A stretch of 64,000 nt of DNA from the human T2T-CHM13v2.0 reference genome, Homo sapiens, in assembly GCF_009914755.1 (NCBI RefSeq), contig NC_060928.1; one strand, 5' to 3'. A model generated the notes under the pieces. The model worked only from the letters and a program-made list of their open reading frames with translations, was not told the origin of the DNA and searched no databases. A program made the translations under genes and the position numbers. Position 1 is the stretch's first letter; every line of letters starts with the position of its first letter. Shown piece by piece: positions 15,597 to 29,950 of the stretch.

Positions 15597-16457
15597 GTTT
15601 TCTTTTATAATATTAGTAATTTGTGTTTTCTCTTTTTTTTTTCTTGGTTAGTCTGGCTAGAGGTTTATCAGATTTGTTGATCTTTTCAAAGAACCAGCTT
15701 TTGGTTTCATTGTGTTTCCTCTACTGATTTCCTATTTTTAATTTCATCAATTTTTGCCAAAATTTATATTATTTATTTTCTGTTTGTTGTAGGCATAAAT
15801 TACTCTTCCTTTTCTAGTTTCCTCAGGTGGATTTTTAGATTATTGATTTTAGACTTTTCTTCTTTTCTAATATATGCATTCAATGGTATAAATTTTCCTC
15901 TAAGCACTGCTTTTGCTGCATCCCAGAAATTTTGATAAGTTGCATTTTCATTTTCATTTAAATTATTTTAAAATTTCTCTGGAGTTCCTTCTTTGACCCA
16001 TGTGTTATTTAGTATTATGTTATTTAATCTGAAAATATTTTGGAATTTTCCATGCTTTCTGTTATTAATTTCTAGTTTAATTCATTGTGGTTTGAGAGCA
16101 TAGATTGTATAATTTCTATTCTTTTAAATTTATTTTGGAGTGTTTTATGGCTCAGAATGTGGTGTATTTTGGTGAATGTTCCATGTGATGTCAAGAAGAA
16201 TATATACTCTGTTGTTGTTGGATGAAGTATTCTATAAATATCATTTAGAGCAAGCTGATGAATGGAACTGTTCAGTCAATTATGTCCTTACTAATTTTAT
16301 GCCTGCTTGATCTATCAACTACTAAAAGATGTATTAAAATCTTTAACTATAATGGTCAATTTGTTGATTTCTCTTTGCAGTTCTATCAGTTTTTGTCTCA
16401 CATATTTTGATGCTCTTTTGTTAGATGCATACATATTAAGAATTTCTTCTTGAATAA

Positions 16458-16923
<466 letters not shown>

Positions 16924-17577
16924 AATGCCCTTTCTTATCCCTGATAATTTTCCTTGTTCTGAAGTCCACTTTGTCTGAAATTAATATAGCTGGTCCAGCT
17001 TTCTTTTGATTAGTGTTAGTATGGAATATCTTTTTCCAAATCTTTACTGTTGATATATCTGTAACAACATATAATTGCATCTTGTTTTTGTAAATTAATC
17101 CACTCTGAAAATCTTTGTATTTTAATTTTTATATTTAGACCATTCACATTTGAAGTGATTATTGATATAGTTGGATTAATATCTACCATGTATGTAACTA
17201 TTTTCTATTTGTTGCACTTGTTCCTTGCATCTTTCTCCCTCTCTCTCTGCCTTCTCTTGTTTTAAATGGGTATTTTATGAGATTCCATTTTCTCTCCTCT
17301 ATTAGTATATCAATTATACTCCTTTACAATTATTTCTAGTGGTTTCTCCAGAGTTGCAAAATACATCCATAACTAATCCAAGTCCGTTCTCAAATAACAC
17401 TTACAGCTTTGTTGGTATTATAGGTACCTTATAACAGAAATCCCAATTCCTCCCTCCCATTTCTTATAATACTGCTATCATTCATTTCAGTTATCCATAT
17501 AACATAATCACCCAATACACTGTTCCTATGTTTACTTTGAACAATTAATCTATTAGAGGAATTAAGAAAAAGAAATA

Positions 17578-17959
<382 letters not shown>

Positions 17960-18741
17960 CTAAATCACTTTACTTCTTTCTGAAGAACTTTTAAAAAACA
18001 CTTCTTACAGGTCAGAACTACTGGTAATGAATTCCTCATTTTTTGTTTGCCTGATAAAGTCTTTATTTCTCTTTCACTTTGAAGTGAATTTCTCTGGATA
18101 TAGAATCCTAGACTGCTGGGATTTTTTCTTTCAATACTTTAAATATTTTACTTCACTTTTTTCTTGTTTGCATAGTTTGTTTTTCCCCTCTCTGGCTGCT
18201 TTTAAGGTTTTCCTTCATCTTTGGCTTTCCGTAGTGTGAATTTGACATACCCAGGTATAGATTTCTTGGTATTTACCCTACTTGGTGTTCTCTGAGTTTC
18301 TTGGATTTGTGGTTTGGTGTCTCCTTAATCTTGAAAAATTATTGGTCATTATTATTTCAAATATTTTTTCAGTTCCATTATCTCTTTCTTCTCCTTTTGG
18401 TATTCCAGTATGTGTATGTTATATTTTTTGAAAATGTTCCATAGTTTAGATATCCTGTTCTATTTTCTTTTCACTCTTTTTTTCTCTTTGCATCTCATTT
18501 GGGAAGTTTCTACTGACATTATCTTCAAGCTCACTAATTCCTTCCTCAGCTTTGTCCAGTCTATTGATGAGGCCATTCAAGACATTCTTCCTTTCTGGTA
18601 CCATTTTTTTTTGTTTTATTTTTAGCATTTTAAAAGGTTCTTTGTAAGTTTCCACTTCTCTGATTACATTACCCATCTATACTTGGATGTTGTCTACTTT
18701 TTCCATTAGAGATCTAAGCATATTAGCCATAATTATTTTAA

Positions 18742-19111
18742 GTTTTATTTTATTTTTAATTGAAAAATAATAATTGTATATATTTATGAAGTACAATGTG
18801 ATGTTTCTGTACATGTATACATTGTGAAATGATCAAATCAGGCTAATTAGCATATCTATCACCTCAAATATTTATCATTTTTTTGCAGTGAGAACATTTA
18901 AAAATCCTCTCTTAGCTATTTTGGGACATTCAATACGTTTATGTTAACTACAGTCACCATGCTGTGCAATAGAATACCAGAATTTATTCCTCATATCTAA
19001 CTGAAACTTTGTACTTGTTTACCAATATCTCCTCTTTCCCCATCTACCCACCCCTCTACGGCCTCTGGTAGCCACCATTCTACTCTACTTCTGTGAGTTT
19101 GACTTTTTAAT
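18742..19111 (-). mobile_element. 5'-truncated L1MA-like 3' end nested in the older L1
   Basis: L1 3'UTR sequence flanked by 14-bp TSD CATAATTATTTTAA (18728-18741, 19112-19125). Confidence 0.8.
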
Positions 19112-20288
19112 CATAATTATTTTAAATTCCTGGTCTGATAATTCCAAAATCTCTCCCATATCTGAGTCTGGTTCTTTGTCTCTTCAGACTGTGTTTTTTT
19201 CCTCCTTCTAGCATGACTTGTAATATTTGGTTGAAAAGCAGACATGATGTATTGAGTAATAGAAGCTGAGATAAACAGGCCTTTAGTGTGAGGTTTTGTA
19301 TTAATTTGGCTAGGAGTTGGGCTGTGTTTAATGTTTGCTGTAGTTGTAGGTGTCAAAGGCTTCAATTTCCACTAGTGTCCTTGTTTCTGTCTCTGCTGTT
19401 GTCTTTGGGTTTCCCTAAACATTCCTTCTTATATAGAGTCTAAGCCTTGCAGCTCTTTCAGCTCTAACTTTTGGCTATTACGCTGGACACCTGTTGATGT
19501 GGTGGCAGGGTGTAAGGATAGTGGGAGCATTCTGTTATCATATGGTTAAGTCTCTTTTAGGCCTGTGTACCTGGGGTGGCCTTTACAAGTGTTTCTCAAC
19601 TATTTTGTTTCCCCTTAGGTGACACAGGAAGGCTAGAGGGAGCTGGAGTTGGGTTATTTCTCTCCCCTCATATTGGATGAGGCTCTGATCAATCTTTTCC
19701 CTTGCTGTGGTAGGCCTTATTATGGAGAACATTCTGGATCTGCTTCAAAGTGGTTACTTTTCCCCTCCCCTGCTGGAAGCATGAGAGCACTTCTTGGGTT
19801 TTCATTGTCAGACCCCGGTGGGGTAGCTGGAGGTAAAACCTAAACAAAATGTGGGGTCCCTGACTGTGGCTCCCAGGAGTTTCTCATTCTCACACTACTC
19901 TATGCACTGCTTCCAGCAATCCTTCAGAGTTACTACATTTGATATGGCATTGTCGCTTCTGCTTTCAGGAAGGAGATCTCAGCTGTGATTTCCTGCATTC
20001 ATCTGTCTCTCTAGATTTTGAGGTGGTGGTTTTCCCTGTGACCTCAATTCTCTGACAGGTCCAAGAAAAGCCATTGATAATCAGTTTGGTCCGTTTTTTT
20101 CTTGTTGTAAGATAAAAGTGCTGACTTCCAAGCTTTTTATATGTTGGAGCTGAAACCAGAAGTCCTTCCTATTTTTTAAAATTTCATCATTTTAAATATT
20201 AGGAAACAAAGGCTCCTTGTGGTTAAATGAGTAGATAGAATCTTCCCACTTCTAAGCCAGTACTCTTTCCTTTCACCATCCTGCCACA

Positions 20289-20368
20289 TTCGGTTGGTGC
20301 AAAAGTAATTGCTGTTTTTGCTATTAAAAGTAATGGGAAAAACCACAATCACTTTTGCACCAACCTAC
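20289..20368. mobile_element. MADE1 (Hsmar1-derived MITE)
   Basis: 80 bp, TIRs ggttggtgcaaaagtaattgc ... cacttttgcaccaacc, TA at right end. Confidence 0.92.
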
Positions 20369-20424
20369 TATATCTCACAAAATCAGCCCAGGAAAATGTC
20401 CTCAGAAAAAGCATGAGACTGAAT

Positions 20425-20807
<383 letters not shown>

Positions 20808-22521
20808 TCATAGAGGATGTAAATCAATGGTTGAGCATTCTCTCTAGCTTTACAAAAGTGTCCAGAAAAGGATTCTTTTATTAGCAAACTGCTTTTACAG
20901 CATATGATTACGTTTGCACAAACGTTATAAACAAACAGTATCTATTGGATGCTTTCGGAGTCAACTAATAGTACTGAACACTTACTATGGATCAGCCACT
21001 GTACTAGAAATTCAGAGATATTTAATGAGCTTGTTCTTGATATGAGAGCAAATAACTAGTGAGGTTGGATTCTAGCCTCTCTGCAACTAATTAGTTATAT
21101 GCCCTTGGCCAAGGTTTTTAATTTCTCTGAACTATATTTCACAAAGGGGATAAAAAATAATTACCTCTCAAGGTAACTGAGGTAATGTACAGAAAGCACT
21201 TATCATAGCTGTAATAATAATAGTAATTTATATATAGTAATTTTATGTATAATTATTATGAGTATTATAGTAATTATAATATATATTAATATGTTCCTAA
21301 TATTGATAGAGGTTACAATATCAAGTCATGGAGATAAATTTCACTATGTAGCCCCTTGTAGAAAAGAGCCAGCAATGTTGTGAATCTTATAAACATGTTC
21401 AAAGCTCTCAGTAGCTAGTCTTATACATGCCAAGAACAACAATTAAAAGCTAGCTTCTCTCTGGATGATAGGGCAATTTAGGTCAGCATTTATGGACACA
21501 TGTCTGTCAAATTCCATCCCAAAGACTTTAAATTCAGTAGTGTATTAGGCCGTAGTTTTTTTTGATATTGTTCACCCAAATATAAGAAAGCTGGAAACCA
21601 GTGTTAGAATAAGCTAGTGGTACTCTAGGAACAATTTCAAGCTCAAATGGTTGCAGACATCACCAAGAGTGGCTGAAATGGCTGTGCTCTGATGACCACT
21701 CTGGAGGTGAATCCCCAAGAAGGAATGCAAAGCATGGGGCAAAGTCAAGGCTGCAGCATGGGAAAGCCTGGCCTCTCATCTTGAGCCACAGATTGAGTAG
21801 CCCCTCAATAGAGACATGCAGGGGGATGGGGCTACTCAACCTGTTCCTTTGGGACAATACCAATAATTAGATGGATTGATGTGCAAAGAAGTAGAATATA
21901 TTCCAGAGACCAACAAAGTCTATGAGCTAACCCAGCAGAGTCTCAAGGCACCATGAGACCTGAATCTGTCCTTGACTATGGTGGGGGCAACTTTATGCAG
22001 GCTCCTGGCTTTGTCAAAGTGCTAGACAGGATCACCATGATCATTATCATCATGAGAGGCAGGATAACAGGCACCTCGCCACCTCCAAGGTGATCCTTAG
22101 GACTACAGAGCCCCACTGGGTAGCCATAAAACATAGGAGCTGTGTGACAGAGGGACATAGACATAGCAAACTTAGAGAGCAAAAGTGGGGTGACTAAAGG
22201 AGTCAGGGGTAGGTGGCAGTCAAAAGCAAGTCCCTGGAGAGGCACTGCAGGTAGCACAGCTTGTGCAGTTAGCAACAGGAAACAACTCAGATGACTCCAG
22301 CTAACCAACAGAGGTCAGGGTCCAGGGTGTCCACCTAGTCCAGTGTAGCCTGAGTCATCTAAGGTCAGACCCTTCAAATGGCCACAAGTCCTTAAAGGGG
22401 ATTCTGAGGCATAGGCAGGTCTGTCTTTGGCCAGGTAGAGCCAGTGTGTAAGTGCCACACTTACACTTACTGGTGCAGTGACACACACCCTCCAAGAGCT
22501 GACACAAGAGCAGCTGCTTCA

Positions 22522-22872
<351 letters not shown>

Positions 22873-23616
22873 AATCATCAAATGAAAATGTTGCAGGAGT
22901 GGTGCGACACAGTGCGAGTCAAGGGCTCCTGGAGCATTGTTTCCTTTCAAGGTCGGGGGCTTCCTATGCAAAATCCACACCTGTGTTACTATGGAAAAAG
23001 AACATTTTTTTCTACATCAATTTAGAGATAATGATTAATTTTAAAGAAAGAATGCATAAGGCTATGAACTGATTCCTTATGAATCCAGGTTTCTTCCTAC
23101 ATGAGGACTCTAGAAATTTTATCTTAGATACTTTCATTTTGCAGATAAGGAAACCATAGTTAAGATATGTTTAAAGAACTTTTCTTTGATATGAGTGAAG
23201 AACTAGTGAGGTTTGATTCTAGTTTCATTCACTTAAAGACATTATCCAAGTGCAATATAAAGCGTGTTTATTATAATTGATAAGACAACGGTGACATGGC
23301 AGAAAATGGATACATTTGCTTTATAACAATAAAATGAGATTCCCCTTTCTAAAGAAAATGTTCAAAATTGCCTAAACTTAAATATAATACAGAACTCAAA
23401 AGAATTCCTTTAGACCCTGTACTATATAGGAAATAAATTCTATGACAGGTAATAGTAAAATAATATATTGGTCTAAGTCAACACTTCATATGTTGCAGGC
23501 AAGTTGAGTCCCTCAGGCTCTATAATGGCCATTCCAAGACCCAGAACCATGTAGTGTTAACTGAGGACCTTTTCCCTTTGCAACACTTCTCCATTTAGTC
23601 CATATCTGAATCTAAA

Positions 23617-23812
23617 CCAGAGGATTTTAAAGTGTGGTTCCAGGACCGGCAGCTTCAACATTACCAGCACCATGAGGGAACTTGTTAGACATGCAAATTC
23701 TTGGGTCCCTATTGAATCGGAAACTCTATGGACAGGACCCGGGAACTTGATTTAACAAGCTCTCTAGATGATTCTGATGCACCCTGCTCTAACCATTGAG
23801 AAATACTACTCT
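23617..23812. mobile_element. MER5A-like DNA transposon relic
   Basis: gggaacttgttagacatgcaaattct ... tttaacaagc...gatgattctgatgca. Confidence 0.7.
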
Positions 23813-24026
23813 AAACATTGTGATGGCAAGGTCTCAGGCCCAACAAGGCCCACAGTATGACTCTCTGGCTCTGGTGGTGAACATGCTTGAATGAGATTGG
23901 TCTGTGAAAACGAAATCTTGCTCCATGTTGCTGAAGTCAGTGCAGTGTGTGCATGAACACATTTCCATGGATATGCAAACCATTAATGCCAAGATAGTTT
24001 ACTACTAATGAAACAACATTAGACAG

Positions 24027-26635
24027 TGTCTTAGTCCATTTTGTGCTGCTATACTAGAATATGACAGTTTGGGTAATTTACAATGAAAAGAAATTTATTT
24101 CTCACAGTTCTGGAGGCTCAGAAGTCCAAGATTGAATGGCTGGCATCTGGTGAGGGCCATCTTGCTGCATCATTTCATGGCATAAGACAAGAGGGCCAGA
24201 GAAAATGAGAGAGAGAAACTCATCCTTTTATAAGGAACCTACTCCTGCAATAAAGGCATTAGTCCATTCATGAAGGCAGAGCCCTCATGACCTAATTGCT
24301 TCTCATTAGGCCCCACCTCCCAACACTGTTGCATTGAGTATTATGTTTCCAACACATGAACTTTGGGGAACACTCTCAAACCACAGCATTCTGCTCTGGC
24401 TCCAAATTCATGTTTTTCTCACACATAAAATATATTCATTTCATCCCAATTGCCCCTAGGTCTTAACTTGTTCTGGTAAAAGTCCAGTGTCTCATCTAAA
24501 TCAGGTATGGATGAGACTCAAGGCACAATTCATCCTGAGGCAAATTCCCTCTAGCTGTGAGCCTGTGAAATTAACAAGTTCTCTTCTTCCAAAATACAAT
24601 GACAGGTCAGGCAGAGGATAGATATTCCCATTCCAAAAGGGAGAAATAGGCAAGAAGAAAGGAGTAACAGGCCCCAAGCCAGTCTAAAACTTAACAAGGT
24701 AAACAATACTAAATCCTAAGACTTGAGGATGATCTTCTTTGACTCCATGTCCTACTTTCTGGGCATAGTGAGGTAGGGTTTGGAACCTTGAGGCCTCAGG
24801 AACAGCCTTGCCCCCCCATGGCTTTGCTAGGCTTAGCCCACACAACTCTCACAGGTTAGAATCTCATGTCCATAGCTCTCCTAGGCTGGAGTTGCATGCT
24901 GCATGCCCATAGCTCTCCTAGGCTGGAGTTGCATGCTGCATGCCCATAGCTCTCCTAGGCTGGAGTTGCATGCTGCATGCCCATAGCTCTCCTAGGCTGG
25001 AGTTGCATGCTGCATGCCCATAGCTCTCCGAGGCTGGAGTTGCATGCTGCATGCCCATAGCTCTCCTAGGCTGGAGTTGCATGCTGGTAGTTGTGTAGTT
25101 CTGGGACTTGGGGGCATCCCCACCCCGAAGGGCTCCCCTAGGCCTAGTGAGGACTCTCTGCTATGGCTGTGACTCCACACTTCTGCTTGGCGTTGTCCTC
25201 CTAGGCACTCTCTGTGGCAGCTCTGCCCCAAGACAAGTTTTTGCTTAGGCCCTCTGGTTGTCTGCAACATCCTTTGAAATCTAAGTGGAGGCTGCCATGG
25301 CCTCACAGCATGTGCCTACAGAATTAGCACCACCAAAGTTTATAGCTTGTACCTTCCAGAGCCACAGGTTGAGCTGCACCTGGGCTCCCTGGAGCCACAG
25401 CTGAAGCAGCCAAGGAGAACGATGCTGGAATTCAAGGAGCAGAGTCCTGAGGTGGCCCTGCTCACTGGTCCTGTGTAGGGTACAATGGGGAGTCACCCCA
25501 AACCATTCTACTATCCTAGAGCTCTGGGCTTGTGATGGGAGGGGCATCCTTGAAGGTCACTGAAATGCCTTCAGGGTCATTTTCCTGTTGTCTTGATTAC
25601 TTGCACCTGGCTTCCTTCTGGCTGTGTTAATCCCCTTTATCAAAGGGTCACTTGGCTGTACTGCAAGTCTTTTTATTCTTTACGTAGCCAGGCTGTGAGT
25701 TTTCCAAATTTTATATTGTTTCTCTTTTACTTATAAATTCCATCTTTAAATCATTTATCTCTTCTTTCATTTTACTATATGCAGTTAAAAGAAGCCATGC
25801 AGGTCCTTCAATATATTGCTTAGAAATTTCTTTCACCAGATATCCTGGTTCATTGCTCTTAACTCTGCCTTCCATAAAGCCCTCCAGCATGGACACAGTT
25901 AAGCCAAGTTCTTTGTGACTTTATAATGAGGATGGCCGTTACTCCAGCTTCCGATACCCTGTTCCTCATTTTCTGTCTAAGACCTCAGGATAATGGCTTC
26001 TATTGTTCATATTTCTACCAACATTCTGACCATGACCACTTAAGTGATCGCTAAAAAGTTTCAGCCTTTCTCTATAGTTCTTTTCTTCTTCTGAGCCCTC
26101 ACCAGACTTGCCTTTAATACTCCATTACAGCAAGACCAGCTATTTCTAGCCTGTTCCTTCAAACTCTTCCAGCCTCTGCCCAATTACACAGTTCCAAAGC
26201 TGCTTCCCCATTTTCAGGCATTTGTTATAGTAACAGACCCACTTCTTCGTATCAATTTTCTTTCTTAGTCTGTTTTCTGCTGTTATAACAGAATACCACA
26301 GACTGGGTAATAAATAATAAACAGCAATGTATTGCCTCATGGTCTGGAGGCTAGAAAGTACAAGACAGAGGGATTTGCATCTTGCAAGGGCCTTCTTGCT
26401 GTGTCATCTCATGGCAGAAGGTGAGAGGGCAAGAGAGAATGAGAGAGAAAATGGGTCCACATTCATGTTTTTATAATAAACCCACTCCCACAATAATTAA
26501 TGGCATTAATCCATTCACAAGGGCAGAGCCCTTATGGCCAAATCGCCTCTTATTAGGCCCCACCTCCCAGCACTGTTGCATTGGGGATTAAATCTCCAAC
26601 ACAAGAACTTTGGGGGATACATTCAAACCATAGCA
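24027..26635 (-). mobile_element. Two-LTR MaLR (MST-family) element: LTR 24027-24388, internal region, LTR 26261-26635
   Basis: Two homologous LTRs in the same orientation, TG...CA ends, 5-bp TSD GACAG/GACAC. Confidence 0.88.
24865..25086. repeat. 37-bp VNTR, ~6 copies (CCCATAGCTCTCCTAGGCTGGAGTTGCATGCTGCATG)
   Basis: Units in register at 24871, 24908, 24945, 24982, 25019, 25056. Confidence 0.95.
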
Positions 26636-26734
26636 GACACCCTAAACCATTTCTTTTGGCTATTCTAATCCTCCTTTTCCTGGACTGTTGGCAGAAGTTG
26701 TTCATGCATGAAGGGAAAACTGGTTTACTTAAAC

Positions 26735-26965
26735 CAGGGTTTTTCAGTCTTGGCACCATTGACATTTTAGGCCAGATAATTTTTGTTGTGGGGAGCTGTT
26801 CTGCATTGGAGGATGTTTACCAGCATCCCTGGCCTCTATCCACCAGGTGCCAGTTGCAACTCCCCTCCCCCTTTTCACCCCCCACAAGTCTTGACAGTCA
26901 AAAATGTTTCCAGACATTGCCAAATGTCTCCTGGGAGTGAAATTGCACTTGGTTGAGAACCACTG
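26735..26965. mobile_element. MER20 DNA transposon relic
   Basis: ggcaccattgacatttt...ccagacattgccaaatgtc...ggttgagaaccactg. Confidence 0.85.
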
Positions 26966-27018
26966 ACTTAAACCAAGGCAGTTCCTTCAAAGTGCTAACC
27001 AAGGGAGAACATGTCCTA

Positions 27019-27243
<225 letters not shown>

Positions 27244-27554
27244 TCATCTGAAAAAGCCCTCAACCTTGCGCATTTAGCAAAAAAAAAAAACAAAAAACAA
27301 AAAACAAAAAAACAAAAAACAGGTTTGGCTTACAAAAAGCAACAGGGGATTTCAAATATAAGGGTTGGTAAGCTTTGATTGTAAAGTTTTTCTAAGTTTT
27401 TCTTGGTTTCTTCCCTTTCCCTAGATCTGGAGAAGGAGCAGCTGGGAGGAGGAGCCTGACTTTCTTAGCAAAACCAGTTCCTTTGCTTTCCCATGTGGTT
27501 GGCCTCAGCCTTGTCTTTTAAGTTAAGTGATGGGGCTAAAAAAACTAATGAGCC

Positions 27555-27710
27555 CCAGGAAGACCTGGGGTCCAGTCCCTGATCTGCCACTTCATTGCCT
27601 CACAACCTTGGGGAAGTCATTTATCCTCTCTGAGCCTCAGTTTCCTCATTTGCAAATTTCAAATAACCATCCTTCTGTAACTGACAAGGTTGTTGTAAGA
27701 CTATAAAGCA
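27555..27710 (+). mobile_element. MIR
   Basis: Core ctctctgagcctcagtttcctcatttgcaaa. Confidence 0.75.
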
Positions 27711-28114
27711 CATGTTATTTTATTTGTGTCTATATAAGGAATAATTATTATTGAGCTGCATCATATGAAACTTCAATTTTTGAAAGTCAAAAACAGTCAA
27801 ACGTTGGTAATTTTAAATCATTTGCTACTATTTCAAGTAAAAGGAAACCCTGCAGATGGTGCTTATGCCAGAGGAGAGAATATTATCCAGGGGGCAATGG
27901 AAAGCTTCTGAATGAGTTGTATAAATTGTTACAGGACTATAATAGAGAGAAAGAATAGGCTTAAGTATTATCTTAGACATGCACAGACATTCCCATGATG
28001 GCTGAATGTTCCCATTTTAGCTGGATGCTTAGTTTTGCACAATTGTAGAGAAAATCAACAAAATAGTTTGTCATCTCTTTTAACGTTCTGGGGTAGCCTC
28101 GATGAAAACCTAGA

Positions 28115-28495
28115 GCAGTCGTTCTTGACCTTGTCTGTAAGTTAGGAAACACTGGGAAGCTTTAAAAAAATCTTAACCCCCCATATCCAGATCAATTAGA
28201 TGACCATTTCTGGGTGTTGGGGGCTGAATTTCACCCTCTCAAAATTCATACACTGATGTCCTAATCCCCTGTACTTCAACATGCCAACCAAAACCTGCCA
28301 GCACCTTAATCTTGGACTTTCAGCCTCCAGAACTGTGAGAAAATAAATTTCTGATTTTTAAGCCACCTATTCTGTGGTATTTTGTTATGGTATTCCTAGC
28401 AAATTAATACAGATTTGCAGAATGGGATGTGACATCAGGAATTTTTCAGGCATCCCATGTGATTTTAAGGGGCAGCCAAGATTGAGAACCACAAG
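28115..28495. mobile_element. MER5-like relic interrupted by an MLT1 LTR fragment (~28215-28411)
   Basis: MER5 ends; MLT1 motif ttggactttcagcctccagaactgtgaga. Confidence 0.6.
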
Positions 28496-29327
28496 CCTAG
28501 CAGAAGAGAAAGAGGCCCAGGGTCAAGATGAGTGAACATGGGGAAAAATCATGAATGCTGTCAGTTACTTTCTAAATACTGGTTATCATTATCTTTCATC
28601 CCTAGTGTGGCACCATCAGTCACAAAATCTCTTAAGTTTCCACTTACGTCTAGTTACAATATGCAGTTAGCTAATGTACCACCCGGAAAACACCACAGGG
28701 TAACAGTCTGTGCCGTGAGATAGTGACCTTTTAAAGGCACTTGATGGGTATGTGGGTTGGGTTGCCTCCCTCTGCCAGCATTTCTACAGCTACTCCAAAG
28801 AGCAGTGAATGCCTCAGAAAAGGGTCTCATCCAAATCCCAAGGGTGCCCCCTGCTGGAAAAGGTGTAGAAATCAGCCCACAGAGCCCAGTAAATACTGCT
28901 CAAGTTCAGTTTCTTTGAGAGGGATTCTCAGAATGTCAGTGCTGGAAGTTACCATAGATGGAATGAATCTCCCTCATTTATCAAATGACGAAGATGAAAT
29001 CCATATCAGGTAAGCAACTTGAATAAAATTACGTGGCTCTTAGTCTCTCTATTGGAAGCTGAGCTCAGGAGACAGGAATGATTTCTAGAAGCTCATTTAA
29101 ACAAACAAACAAACAAGCAAAAAAACAAACTTGTTCCCCTGAAGATATGGGAAGAAAAATGAAAAGAATACAAGTGCTTAGTTGTGGTTTATACAGCTCC
29201 AAATCTAAAATAGCTGTTTAATATTCTATATAATTAACAGACTTTGAACTTACGGCATATAGATAAAAGAGTGACTTCATCATCAGTCTAAAATAGGATT
29301 TGCATAGATATAAAATAAAATATGCTT

Positions 29328-29395
29328 TATGAGATTAATCTATTAATCTGTTATATGAGATTAATCTATTAATCTGTTATATGAGATTAATCTAT
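29328..29395. repeat. 26-bp tandem repeat x2.6 (ATGAGATTAATCTATTAATCTGTTAT)
   Basis: Units at 29329, 29355, 29381. Confidence 0.9.
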
Positions 29396-29912
29396 AATAA
29401 AAATGCATCTCAAATTGGTTAGCCTATGTTGAAGTACTTTGAAAAGTATATATTGGTGTACAAATGTAGTAAGTATTTTCCTTTTTGAGTAGGAATATAT
29501 CCAAAATTGACTCCTGTAATACAAAAAAGGAGGAGCTTTTCATTCTTATTTCACTTCATGTGGTGCTCACAGGGCCCAATGGCCCTACAGTATGCACCAG
29601 AACACAGGGGCAATGGTATAGGAACAAAACCAGTGTATCTTGTGCCTAAAATAAATAGTAACTTGACACAGCCATATTTTGAAGGATATATTAATCCACC
29701 TTTGTGGGACTGCATGATCTTTTTCTACAGATCATGCTGTAGAAAACAGATGAAATCCATGCATTTTGGTCTGTAGTATTTGTGTATCCTACCCCATCTT
29801 CTCTATCCTGGAAAATTTACAAATAAAATGATGACTTCATTCATTTTCTCAACTGTTAAGATAAAAATCTAATTTTTAGCAAAACAACTCTTAAAAAATA
29901 CTAATTACTTAC

Positions 29913-29950
29913 TTCCATGTGTCTTCTGCAGAAAGCTTTGTATGAGAGAG
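29913..29950 (-). CDS. RNF175: RNF175 coding exon 2 (LSHTKLSAEDTW-N), 38 nt
   Basis: tttttcag acceptor, AA|GTAAGT donor; joins exon 1 (phase 0) and exon 3 (phase 2) in frame; absent from the ORF track. Confidence 0.92.

Noticed and set aside
24865-25086. 37-bp repeats as a CRISPR-like array or p53 site array
   Set aside because: Units are directly tandem with no spacers; CATG cores are 7 bp apart rather than the 10 bp of a p53 site
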